This document shows, piece after piece, positions 48,303-57,115 of a stretch of 64,000 nt of DNA. Source of the DNA: an uncultured Bacteroidales bacterium (GTDB lineage Bacteria > Bacteroidota > Bacteroidia > Bacteroidales > FEN-979). Below the pieces are notes generated by a model. That model was not told the DNA's origin, did no database searches, and worked only from the letters and a program-made list of their open reading frames with translations. A program made the position numbers and the translations under genes. The stretch spans positions 43,231 through 107,230 of the forward strand of contig CAIRDP010000006.1 in NCBI GenBank assembly GCA_903877385.1. Reading direction: 5' to 3'. The stretch's first letter is position 1, and each line of letters starts with the position of its first letter.

Positions 48303-48938
48303 ATGGCCGAAATAATTCAAGAAGAAAAAGGCAAAAAAGGTGGTAAACGCAGGCCTAAGAAGCACGGCACACGTATCGACATGACCCCTATGGTCGACCT
48401 GATGTGTTTGCTGATCACCTTCTTCATGCTAACCACCGCTTTCAGTAAGGCGAAAGTGATGGTCATCACTATGCCCGACAAGGAGGACCATAATACGGAC
48501 AAGAATACTCCGCAGATTTCTGCTTTCCGTACCCTTAATATTCTGCTTGCCGGCGACAACAAGGTGTATTATTACATCGGGATGATCAAACCTAAAGAGG
48601 CCCCACCTGCATTGGTTAAAACTGATTTCAGCAAGGACGGCATCCGTAAGGTTTTACTGGATAAAAACCGCGACCTGTTCACCAAAATTGCCGAATACCG
48701 CGATAAAAGGGTTACAGGTAAGATCGTTGTGTCGGATACCACACTCGAAAACGAGATCAAAAGGATGAAGAGGGATGATAAAAAAGGCCCCATCGTCCTG
48801 ATCAAAGCTGATGAGAAAGCTAAATACAAGGACATTGTCAACATAATCGACGAGATGGCTATCTGCAATATTGCCAGTTACGCTATTGTGGACATCTCTC
48901 AGCCCGAAAAAGACCTGGTGAAGAATGCTCCGAAATAA
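48303..48938 (+). CDS. exbD: ExbD/TolR protein 2
   Basis: IDMTPMVDLMCLLITFF; IKADEKAKY. Confidence 0.9.
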   Translation: MAEIIQEEKGKKGGKRRPKKHGTRIDMTPMVDLMCLLITFFMLTTAFSKAKVMVITMPDKEDHNTDKNTPQISAFRTLNILLAGDNKVYYYIGMIKPKEAPPALVKTDFSKDGIRKVLLDKNRDLFTKIAEYRDKRVTGKIVVSDTTLENEIKRMKRDDKKGPIVLIKADEKAKYKDIVNIIDEMAICNIASYAIVDISQPEKDLVKNAPK

Positions 48939-48967
48939 TTTTTTAATGACATTTAAACATAAACCGT

Positions 48968-49750
48968 ATGGCAATTGAAAAACAGCGTGTAGAATCGCTG
49001 GAGGAAATCGTCTTCAAGAACCGTAATAAGGAATACGGCTCATATGTTCTTCGAAAGAAGTACCGCCGGTATCTTACGATTTCTTTAATCGTTGGCATCC
49101 TCGTCCTTCTCTCCGCCGCTGCCTATCCTTTGATTAATGCATACCTGAACAAGGAAAAATTGCTCAGGGAAAAGGAGAAATCAGTAACGGCAGAAATGCT
49201 GAACATGCCCAAAGAAGACCTGCCTCCCCCTCCGCCGCCGCCACCACCACCTGAGGCACTTGTTGAAAAGGTGAAGTTTACCGCACCCAAGGTTGTGGAA
49301 GACACCAACGTGGAATCCGATTTCGGTAAGCAGGACCTGCTGAACCAGAATAAAAATACGGAAGTCCCGACCGAAGAAGTCCAGGTGGAAGAAAAAGAGG
49401 TAAAAACCCAGGTAATAGAACAGAAAGTGGAAGCCGAAGTGTTCCTCATCGTTGAAGAACCTCCTACATTCCCCGGTGGGGAAGCTGCCCTTTATAAATG
49501 GCTTGGGGAAAACCTCAAATATCCCGAAGAAGCCAAGGAACTTGGTATACAGGGACGTGTTTTCGTTGCTTTCGTTGTTGAACCCGACGGATCGACCAGT
49601 AATGTGGTTGTGAAACGCGGTATCGGCGGCGGTTGCGACGAAGAAGCAATCCGTATCGTGAAAGCCATGCCCAAATGGGCTGCCGGCAAGCAACGCGGAC
49701 AGCCAGTGCGTGTGCAGTTTAACTTACCCATCAAGTTTACATTGCAGTAA
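48968..49750 (+). CDS. tonB: Energy transducer TonB
   Basis: TM helix, poly-Pro linker, YPEEA..GIQGRV; C-terminal TonB domain. Confidence 0.92.
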   Translation: MAIEKQRVESLEEIVFKNRNKEYGSYVLRKKYRRYLTISLIVGILVLLSAAAYPLINAYLNKEKLLREKEKSVTAEMLNMPKEDLPPPPPPPPPPEALVEKVKFTAPKVVEDTNVESDFGKQDLLNQNKNTEVPTEEVQVEEKEVKTQVIEQKVEAEVFLIVEEPPTFPGGEAALYKWLGENLKYPEEAKELGIQGRVFVAFVVEPDGSTSNVVVKRGIGGGCDEEAIRIVKAMPKWAAGKQRGQPVRVQFNLPIKFTLQ

Positions 49751-49770
49751 AACTGCGATAAACTAAACAG

Positions 49771-49837
49771 AAACCCTTAATTTTTCCTTTTGCCGGGTAT
49801 CATCCGGAAGATTTGAAGGAAAGATTAGGGGTTTTTT
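49771..49837 (+). terminator. Long-stem terminator after tonB
   Basis: aaacccttaatttttcctt pairs with aaggaaagattaggggttt (G-U wobbles), then a T-run. Confidence 0.6.
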
Positions 49838-49848
49838 ACTTGAAAAGC

Positions 49849-50982
49849 ATGAATGCCGCCACCCTTAGTCCTTTTGTAAGCAGCAAATTCAGGTTCTGGT
49901 CTTTTATATCTATGGTGCTGCTGGTGTTCGTGCATGGTTATAATATGCAGGAGCGTTACCTGCAACCCTGGACCATCCCGGGAGAGCCTTTTTCAATTTC
50001 AGGTTTTATTGAATATTTCCTTGCAAACGGGATCTTCCGGTTCAGGATACCCATGCTGTTCATCATATCGGGCTACCTTTTCGCAATGCATGATGACCGC
50101 CCGTATAAATCCCGTGCAAGGAAGCGGTTTCGCACCTTGTTCCTTCCTTACCTGATATGGAGCGCCCTGGGCCTTGTATTCACCTTTGGGCTTGAGATGT
50201 TTCCCTGGAGCCGTGCCCTGGTCTCTGGATCGCATGTGGTACAGATAGACAATACAAGGATGCTGCTTCATGATTATAAATTGTATGAGATGCTGGTGCG
50301 CTGGATACTACTCCCGGTACCCTACCAGCTCTGGTTCATCCGTGTGCTTTTCATATATAACCTTGCTTACCCCGGGATCCGGTGGTGTGTCATGAACAGG
50401 ACAGGGAGATGGATCTTCTTTGCTTTTGCTTCCCTGCTGTGGTTAGCCACTATCAATGTTGGGATAATTGAAGGCGAAGGTCTGCTTTTCTTTTCACTAG
50501 GGATCTGGATGCAAAAGAACAGCTTCAATATTGAAAGTCCGTCATCCTGGCTGAAACCCTCACTGTGGGGCCTTTTGTTCGTTTCAATTGCATTCCTAAA
50601 AACCTTCCTGGCCTGGAAAGGGCAACAATTCCTTGGAGGTGCAGCCTTCCCCGTCCTTACTCTGATACATAAAGTGGTTGTACTGAGCGGGCTTATTGCA
50701 TGCTGGTACGGCCTCGATCCAATCGTAAAATGGTTCATGAAGCGCCCCTGGTTCACCTGGCTGAGCGCATTCGCATTCATTATATATGCTATGCATACAC
50801 CCCTGGTTGCATATGCCATCACTCCTTTCCTTTCCCTGCTTGAACCAATGCCTGCCTTCCACCTTGCAGCTTTTATTCTGCTACCCTTAATTGTCATCGG
50901 GTTTTGCATTATCACAGGATTTCTTCTCCGTATCCTGGTCCCGAAAATATATGGCGCCCTAACCGGCGGAAGAGGAATGTGA
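49849..50982 (+). CDS. Acyltransferase-3 family membrane protein
   Basis: VLLVFVHG; RIPMLFIISGY; YQLWFIR; IYAMH; about 10 TM helices. Confidence 0.85.
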   Translation: MNAATLSPFVSSKFRFWSFISMVLLVFVHGYNMQERYLQPWTIPGEPFSISGFIEYFLANGIFRFRIPMLFIISGYLFAMHDDRPYKSRARKRFRTLFLPYLIWSALGLVFTFGLEMFPWSRALVSGSHVVQIDNTRMLLHDYKLYEMLVRWILLPVPYQLWFIRVLFIYNLAYPGIRWCVMNRTGRWIFFAFASLLWLATINVGIIEGEGLLFFSLGIWMQKNSFNIESPSSWLKPSLWGLLFVSIAFLKTFLAWKGQQFLGGAAFPVLTLIHKVVVLSGLIACWYGLDPIVKWFMKRPWFTWLSAFAFIIYAMHTPLVAYAITPFLSLLEPMPAFHLAAFILLPLIVIGFCIITGFLLRILVPKIYGALTGGRGM

Positions 50983-51089
50983 AGGCTTTGCCTTCAAAGG
51001 CATGTATATTCGAAAACAATTGAATATCAGCGAACTGCCCGGATTTATAATTCCTGCTAATTTAGATTCTGTCCAAAAGAAAACTTTAG

Positions 51090-51097
51090 TAACTTTG
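51090..51097 (+). promoter_or_regulatory. -7 element of the hdr-flx promoter
   Basis: TAACTTTG, 34 nt upstream of the hdrC ATG. Confidence 0.65.
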
Positions 51098-51120
51098 TAC
51101 TGTTAAAATATTAACAGTAC
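51097..51120. promoter_or_regulatory. Rex-like operator at hdrC
   Basis: GTACTGTTAA-AATA-TTAACAGTAC, perfect 10-bp arms, covering the expected transcription start. Confidence 0.75.
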
Positions 51121-51131
51121 GAGTTTATTAT

Positions 51132-51704
51132 ATGATAACACTCTCATACAAAGGGAAAAACACCTTCCTGGAAGCCGTGAATAAAAAGAGCGGCTCAGAC
51201 GTTCTGGAATGCTACCAGTGCGGCAAATGCGTGTCGACCTGCCCGGTCTCGAATTTCATGGATTTTCCACCCAGGGAGATCATGCAGATGATCAAGCTGG
51301 AACTCAAGGAGGAGGCCCAGATGGCCAACTCCACCTGGTTCTGTCTGACCTGTTCGGCCTGTTCAGGCCGCTGTCCCCGCGAGATCAATATTCCCGCGGT
51401 TATGGAAGCAGTGCGCCACATGGCCATAGAGGAAAACTTCCATCCCGACTCAAAGCGGGTAAAAAACATCAGGAAGTTCCACGAGATCTTCCTCGATATG
51501 ATCAAGCGTTACGGGAGGAATTACGAATTAAGGATGATGGCCGAATTCAATATCCGTACCCGAAACCTCTTCAAGGATATGCACCTGGCCCCGACAGCGC
51601 TGCTTAAAGGCAAGATCCCATTAGGTGTGAAGCCACTGAAGAGTAAAAAAGCCATCAAAAAGATGTATGAGATGGCAGAAAAACTTGAAAAACAGAATAA
51701 ATAA
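51132..51704 (+). CDS. hdrC: Heterodisulfide reductase subunit C
   Basis: CYQCGKCVSTCP; CLTCSACSGRCP. Confidence 0.93.
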   Translation: MITLSYKGKNTFLEAVNKKSGSDVLECYQCGKCVSTCPVSNFMDFPPREIMQMIKLELKEEAQMANSTWFCLTCSACSGRCPREINIPAVMEAVRHMAIEENFHPDSKRVKNIRKFHEIFLDMIKRYGRNYELRMMAEFNIRTRNLFKDMHLAPTALLKGKIPLGVKPLKSKKAIKKMYEMAEKLEKQNK

Positions 51705-51715
51705 GCCTGTTTAAG

Positions 51716-52660
51716 ATGAAAAAAGTAAGTTATTTCCCGGGATGTTCAGCCCACGGCACCAGTGAGGAGTTCGATGAAACGGTTAAGATGGTCATGAAGA
51801 CAATGGATGTCGAAATGGAGGAGATCCCCGACTGGAACTGCTGCGGTGCCACCTCAGCCCATACCCTGAGCGAAAGCCTTGCCTACGCGCTTCCGCTGCG
51901 AAACCTGGTACTGGCCGAGAAACTGAGCAACGATACAATGACCATTCCCTGCGCTTCCTGCTACCAGAGAATGAAAGCGACCAAGGTGCATATGGATGAA
52001 GATCCTGAACTCGCAGCCAGGATAAATACTGCAGTTGTGGGTGAAGGAAAATATGAAGGAAAGGTTGCCATAAAATCGATGCTTCAATACTGCTACGAGG
52101 ATATGGGCCTTGAAGCCATTAAGGCAAAGGTGACCAACCCGATCAGCGGGATGAAGCTGGCCTGTTATTATGGCTGTTTGCTTACCCGCCCCAAGGCAAT
52201 CACCCAATTCGATTCACCCGAATATCCCATGTCGATGGACTACATCGTGGAAGCCCTGGGAGCGAAGGCTACGCCTTTCGATTTCAAGACCGAATGCTGC
52301 GGTGCTTCTTTTTCCATTTCCGATACTGATATTGTGCTCCAGCTGAGCGGAAAGATCCTGGAAATGGCAAAAGAAAGCGGTGCCCATGCAATCGTTGTTG
52401 CCTGCCCGCTCTGCCAGTCGAATCTCGACATGCGGCAGCACGATATCGAAAAGAAATACAATGTTAAATATGATCTCCCGGTTTTCTACCTGACCCAGCT
52501 GATGGCCATTGCTTTCGGGTTCCCGAAGGAAAAAATGATGTTCAGCAAACATATCATTCCTGTCGACTCAGCCCTGGCCCATATTGGAGAAGTTATTGAA
52601 GAACCGAAGAAACCCGTGAAAGGTAAAAAAGCCGTCCAGGCAGAAAGTGAGGTTGAATAA
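51716..52660 (+). CDS. hdrB: Heterodisulfide reductase subunit B
   Basis: Two CCG domains: GC...NCCGA...CASC and YGC...ECCGA...CPLC. Confidence 0.94.
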   Translation: MKKVSYFPGCSAHGTSEEFDETVKMVMKTMDVEMEEIPDWNCCGATSAHTLSESLAYALPLRNLVLAEKLSNDTMTIPCASCYQRMKATKVHMDEDPELAARINTAVVGEGKYEGKVAIKSMLQYCYEDMGLEAIKAKVTNPISGMKLACYYGCLLTRPKAITQFDSPEYPMSMDYIVEALGAKATPFDFKTECCGASFSISDTDIVLQLSGKILEMAKESGAHAIVVACPLCQSNLDMRQHDIEKKYNVKYDLPVFYLTQLMAIAFGFPKEKMMFSKHIIPVDSALAHIGEVIEEPKKPVKGKKAVQAESEVE

Positions 52661-54633
52661 TGGCAAGAGTAGGAGTATTCGTTTGTTTCTGCGGCGCCAA
52701 CATCGCCGATTTTGTGGATGTCCCCACGGTAGTTGAGGAAGCCAAAAAAATCAGGGAGGTAAAGTTTGCCGTTGACTATAAGTACATGTGTTCCGATCCT
52801 GGTCAGCAGATGATCAGGGATGCCATTGTACAATACAGGCTCACTTCGATTGTGGTTGCCGCCTGTTCACCCCGCATGCATGAGAAAACCTTCCGCAAGG
52901 CCCTCAGCGATGCCGGGATGAACCCCTATCTCCTGGAAGTTGCCAACATCCGTGAGCATTCATCATGGGTGCACCAGAAAGATAAAAAAGCTGCCACTGA
53001 AAAAGCAGGCGACCTGGTGAGAATGGCCGTTGCAAAAAGCATTGCCAATGAACAGCTGCACGAGATCTCGGTACCGGTTACCAAGCGTGCCCTGGTCATA
53101 GGCGGAGGTATTGCTGGCATACAGGCGGCACTTGATATTGCCGATGCCCGCATCCCCGTGACCCTGGTTGAACGCAGCCCTTCGATAGGGGGCCGCATGG
53201 CTCAGCTTGACGAGACATTTCCTACCCTCGACTGTTCACAGTGCATCCTTACCCCGAAAATGGTTGATGTAGCTTCACATCCGTATATAGAGCTCATTCC
53301 TTATTCAGAAGTTATAGAACTCAACGGTTACGTTGGGAATTACAAGGCCAGGATCCGCAAAAAAGCCTCTTATGTGAATTTCAAGTCATGTACAGGCTGC
53401 GGAGCATGCTGGCAGAAGTGCCCGGTGAAGGTTCCGAATGAATACAATATGGGGATAGACAAGCGTAAAGCAATTTACACACCTTTCCCCCAGGCAGTAC
53501 CCAACAAACCGGTTATTGATGCCGAACATTGCACAATGCTACTGAAAGGCAAATGCGGGATCTGTGCAAAGTTTTGTGAAAAGGGTGCCATCGATTTCAA
53601 GATGGTGGATGAGGTGATCGAAAGGGAAATAGGCGCTGTTGTTGTGGCAACCGGCTATGATCTTTGGGATGCAACACCCTATGAAGAGTATGGTGTGGGG
53701 CGTTACAAAGACATCATCAACTCACTGGAATTCGAAAGAATGGTTTCGGCCAACGGACCAACTGGCGGCCTTCCGATAAGGCCTTCCGACGGAAAAGTCC
53801 CGAAGTCCGTGGTCTTTATCAAATGCGTGGGATCCCGCGACAAGGCCAAGGGCATAGAGTTCTGCTCGAAGATATGCTGCATGTATACTGCCAAGCACGC
53901 CATCCTCCTGCATCATAAAGTGCATGATTCCAGGGCTTATATTTTTTACATGGACATACGCGCCGCAGGTAAGGGATATGAAGAGTTTGTAAACCGGGCT
54001 CAGGTGGAAACCGGTGCGGTTTACCTTCGGGGCCGTGTTTCAAAGATCTACCAGAAAGGCGATAAGCTCATGGTGCGCGGTGAAGATGGAAATCTGGGGC
54101 AGGAAGTGGAAGTTGAAGCCGACCTTGTAGTTCTTGCCACCGCAATTGTTCCTTACAAGGAGAACCCTGCCCTGGCCCGGCTGCTTGGTATTTCATACGA
54201 CAAATACGGGTATCTCTCCGAAGCCCATCCTAAGCTGAGGCCGGTTGAAACAGCCAAAGCCGGTATTTTCCTGGCAGGCTGCACACAGGCTCCCAAGGAT
54301 ATTCCCGAAACAGTGGCCCAGGCATCGGCCTGCGCAGCCAAGGTTTGCGGGCTTTTCGCAGGCGATACCATGAAGAAAGACCCTATGGTTTCAACGGTAA
54401 ACAAAGAATTCTGCAGTGGTTGCCAGAACTGTGTAACTGTATGCCCTTACCAGGCTATTGTCACCGAAGACATTCCCCTGGGTCATGGAGCAAAGGAAAC
54501 CCGCACCGTGGCCAAGATCAACGAAGGCGTTTGCCAGGGTTGCGGCTCCTGCGTTGCAATCTGCCGTTCAATGGCCATCAACCTGGCCGGTTTTACAGAT
54601 CCTCAAATCATTAACGAGATAGTTGCCATCTAA
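52660..54633 (+). CDS. hdrA: Heterodisulfide reductase subunit A (bifurcating flavoprotein)
   Basis: AACSPRMHE; GGGIAG; LEFER; CVGSR; CSKICCMYTAKH; inserted and C-terminal ferredoxin domains. Confidence 0.96.
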   Translation: MARVGVFVCFCGANIADFVDVPTVVEEAKKIREVKFAVDYKYMCSDPGQQMIRDAIVQYRLTSIVVAACSPRMHEKTFRKALSDAGMNPYLLEVANIREHSSWVHQKDKKAATEKAGDLVRMAVAKSIANEQLHEISVPVTKRALVIGGGIAGIQAALDIADARIPVTLVERSPSIGGRMAQLDETFPTLDCSQCILTPKMVDVASHPYIELIPYSEVIELNGYVGNYKARIRKKASYVNFKSCTGCGACWQKCPVKVPNEYNMGIDKRKAIYTPFPQAVPNKPVIDAEHCTMLLKGKCGICAKFCEKGAIDFKMVDEVIEREIGAVVVATGYDLWDATPYEEYGVGRYKDIINSLEFERMVSANGPTGGLPIRPSDGKVPKSVVFIKCVGSRDKAKGIEFCSKICCMYTAKHAILLHHKVHDSRAYIFYMDIRAAGKGYEEFVNRAQVETGAVYLRGRVSKIYQKGDKLMVRGEDGNLGQEVEVEADLVVLATAIVPYKENPALARLLGISYDKYGYLSEAHPKLRPVETAKAGIFLAGCTQAPKDIPETVAQASACAAKVCGLFAGDTMKKDPMVSTVNKEFCSGCQNCVTVCPYQAIVTEDIPLGHGAKETRTVAKINEGVCQGCGSCVAICRSMAINLAGFTDPQIINEIVAI

Positions 54634-55118
54634 TGGAAGCAGAAGTAAAAGACAAGATTGTAAGCATTGAAAAACCCGAAATCATCGCCCCTCCCGACTG
54701 GAAGCCGGTGATCGTTGGAATTCTCTGCAACTGGTGTTCCTATGCAGGCTCCGACCTTACCGGGACCTCGCGCATGCAGTATCCGCCGAATATACGGATC
54801 ATCCGGGTTCCCTGTTCTTCACGCGTGGATCCCTGGTTTATAATAAAGGCTTTACAGACCACTGCGGATGGAGTGCTGATCTCGGGCTGTCACCCGGGCG
54901 ATTGCCATTACATCAGCGGGAATTATTATGCACGCAGGCGTTTTCTGGTCACCAAGGAGCTGCTCAAGATGGTAGGTTTTCATGAGCACAGGGTCCAGTT
55001 CAGCTGGGTCTCGGCAGCCGAAGGCGCCAAATTCGCCCAGGTCGTGAAAAAAGTGACTGATGATGTCGTAAAACTCGGCCCTCTTCATTTGTATAAAAAA
55101 GAAAATTTCAACAAATAA
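54633..55118 (+). CDS. flxD: MvhD-like [2Fe-2S] subunit
   Basis: CNWCSY; RVPCSSR; GCHPGDCHY; WVSAAEG. Confidence 0.9.
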   Translation: MEAEVKDKIVSIEKPEIIAPPDWKPVIVGILCNWCSYAGSDLTGTSRMQYPPNIRIIRVPCSSRVDPWFIIKALQTTADGVLISGCHPGDCHYISGNYYARRRFLVTKELLKMVGFHEHRVQFSWVSAAEGAKFAQVVKKVTDDVVKLGPLHLYKKENFNK

Positions 55119-55969
55119 TGGACTATTCAAAAGAAATCCGGGACATTGCGGCAAAACTGTTTGCAGACGGGAAGATCGACGTATTCGTCGGCTACCGGAT
55201 GAACGGTTTCGACGACAACCAGGTTCCTGTTGTGATCACCGATCCGAAGGAAGTGTCCACTCTTGTTTTTACCGAAAAATCGGTGTTCAACCTAACGAAC
55301 TACCTGAAGACCGACCATACCCGCGGCAAACGGGTAGGCCTGATCGTAAAAGGATGTGACAGCCGTTCACTGAACCTTCTTCTTACCGAAAGCCAGGTGA
55401 AGCGCGACAGGCTTTACATCATCGGCATAGCCTGCGAAGGAGTTGTTGATGACAAGGGTGTGAAAATGCAGAATTGCACGGAATGCATTGTTCCCGATGC
55501 CGTTGTGTTTGACGAAATGCTGGGCAGTCCAAGGGGTAAGAAAGATTATATCGTGAATGCCGACATCAGGGCATTGGCCGAAAAAGGGCTTGTTGAACGC
55601 AGGGAATATTTCGAAGAGATATTCGAAAACTGCATCCGCTGCAATGCCTGCCGCCATTCCTGCCCGCTCTGTTATTGCGCCAAATGCTGCATCGACCAGG
55701 AAACTGCCTCGCTCTACAATGGGTCGAACACCGCCTCCAGCGCTTTCCATGCACTGATGACATGGTCGCTGCACCTGGCCGGACGTTGTGTCGATTGCCG
55801 CAATTGCGAGAAAGCCTGCCCAAGCCACCTGCCACTGCATCTTCTGCATAAACAGAACGAGAAAGTGATCTTCGAAAACTTTCAGAACCACCTGGCCGGT
55901 GTTGAAGAAGGCGAACGGGGAGCGTTCTACAAATACAGCCTAAAGGACCCCGACGATTTTATCATGTAA
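55118..55969 (+). CDS. flxC: 4Fe-4S protein FlxC
   Basis: CIRCNACRHSCPLCYC; CVDCRNCEKACP; position in hdrCBA-flxDCBA order. Confidence 0.82.
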   Translation: MDYSKEIRDIAAKLFADGKIDVFVGYRMNGFDDNQVPVVITDPKEVSTLVFTEKSVFNLTNYLKTDHTRGKRVGLIVKGCDSRSLNLLLTESQVKRDRLYIIGIACEGVVDDKGVKMQNCTECIVPDAVVFDEMLGSPRGKKDYIVNADIRALAEKGLVERREYFEEIFENCIRCNACRHSCPLCYCAKCCIDQETASLYNGSNTASSAFHALMTWSLHLAGRCVDCRNCEKACPSHLPLHLLHKQNEKVIFENFQNHLAGVEEGERGAFYKYSLKDPDDFIM

Positions 55970-55983
55970 TCAGAACACAGATT

Positions 55984-57039
55984 ATGAGCTTTTCAACCTT
56001 TGTTACCGATACAGCTGGCTTGCAAAAAATGTTTGAAGCCATCATCAGCAAACATGAAACGTATGCTCCCGTTGAGAAATTCGGGAAATTCGACTATAAA
56101 AAAGTTTCATCGCTGAAGGAATGCAACCCCGATTCACCCATTGATGCAACTATGAGCGTGAAACCCTTGTTTTTCCCGCGAGCTTCAAAGATCATAAAAT
56201 ACGAAGCCAGCAGCGCAGGGACAAGCATCCATGAAACTGATGAAGATCCGATAGCAGGGAAACGTGTGATCCTGGGAGTGAAACATTGCGATGCCAGGGG
56301 ATTACAGGTGCTGGAAGCCGTGAACAAATGGGATTACATTGACAGCGATTTCCTGAAACGCCGCGCCAACACGGTGATCTTTTCCACACGTTGCGACAAG
56401 GCCGACACGCAGTGTTTCTGCACCTCACTCGATTACGATGTGGAAAATCTTGATGCGATGGATGTGGCGATTATCAACGGGCCTGATGGAAGGATTTACC
56501 TCTGTGCCCGAACTGAAAAAGGCGAAAACTTTCTCACCCAGAACCCGGCTCCCGGCTCCCGGAACCCGGAACCCATTGCCCAGGAAGAAATGAAAAAGCA
56601 ATACGAAACTTTCGCTGCATCCTTCCGCCTTAAAATGGACTACAAGGATGTGAATGAGAAGATGTCGAAACGCTTTGATTCGCCTGCATTTGAAGAAGCT
56701 TCACGCAATTGCGTAAGCTGCAACACCTGTGCATTCATCTGCCCGACCTGCCATTGTTTCAAGATCTCCGACGAGAAGATCAGGGATACAGGCCTGCGCT
56801 ACAAGAGCTATGATTCCTGCAACAACGCGTATTTCACACTGGAAGCAGGGGGCCATAACCCCCGCCCGGCCAAGTACCGCCGCTGGAGGCAAAGATCCAT
56901 GCATAAATTCGTTTACTACAAGGAGCGTTTTGGGGTAAATCTTTGCGTGGGATGCGGGCATTGCGCCATCTCCTGCCCCGTGAACATTTCCATCTTTGAG
57001 GTGGTGAACCATGTCGCAAACGCCCCTGTTGAATCATAA
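55984..57039 (+). CDS. flxB: 4Fe-4S protein FlxB (AsrA/HydB-like)
   Basis: CVSCNTCAFICPTCHCF; CVGCGHCAISCP. Confidence 0.82.
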   Translation: MSFSTFVTDTAGLQKMFEAIISKHETYAPVEKFGKFDYKKVSSLKECNPDSPIDATMSVKPLFFPRASKIIKYEASSAGTSIHETDEDPIAGKRVILGVKHCDARGLQVLEAVNKWDYIDSDFLKRRANTVIFSTRCDKADTQCFCTSLDYDVENLDAMDVAIINGPDGRIYLCARTEKGENFLTQNPAPGSRNPEPIAQEEMKKQYETFAASFRLKMDYKDVNEKMSKRFDSPAFEEASRNCVSCNTCAFICPTCHCFKISDEKIRDTGLRYKSYDSCNNAYFTLEAGGHNPRPAKYRRWRQRSMHKFVYYKERFGVNLCVGCGHCAISCPVNISIFEVVNHVANAPVES

Positions 57040-57064
57040 TTTGGTGATGCAGGTTATTAATTGT

Positions 57065-57106
57065 GTTCGATATTCAACATTCGTAATTCAATATTCGATA
57101 TTTTAA
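57065..57106 (+). repeat. 7-bp-periodic array, ATTC(A/G)AT family, copy 3
   Basis: gttcgat attcaac attcgta attcaat attcgat attttaa. Confidence 0.8.
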
Positions 57107-57115
57107 ACAGATAAT

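Noticed and set aside
54633-55118. MvhADG hydrogenase-Hdr complex
   Set aside because: No mvhA or mvhG; downstream genes fit flxCBA
52660-55118. Selenocysteine recoding in HdrA or MvhD
   Set aside because: Both ORFs are full length with Cys at the usual positions and no in-frame TGA
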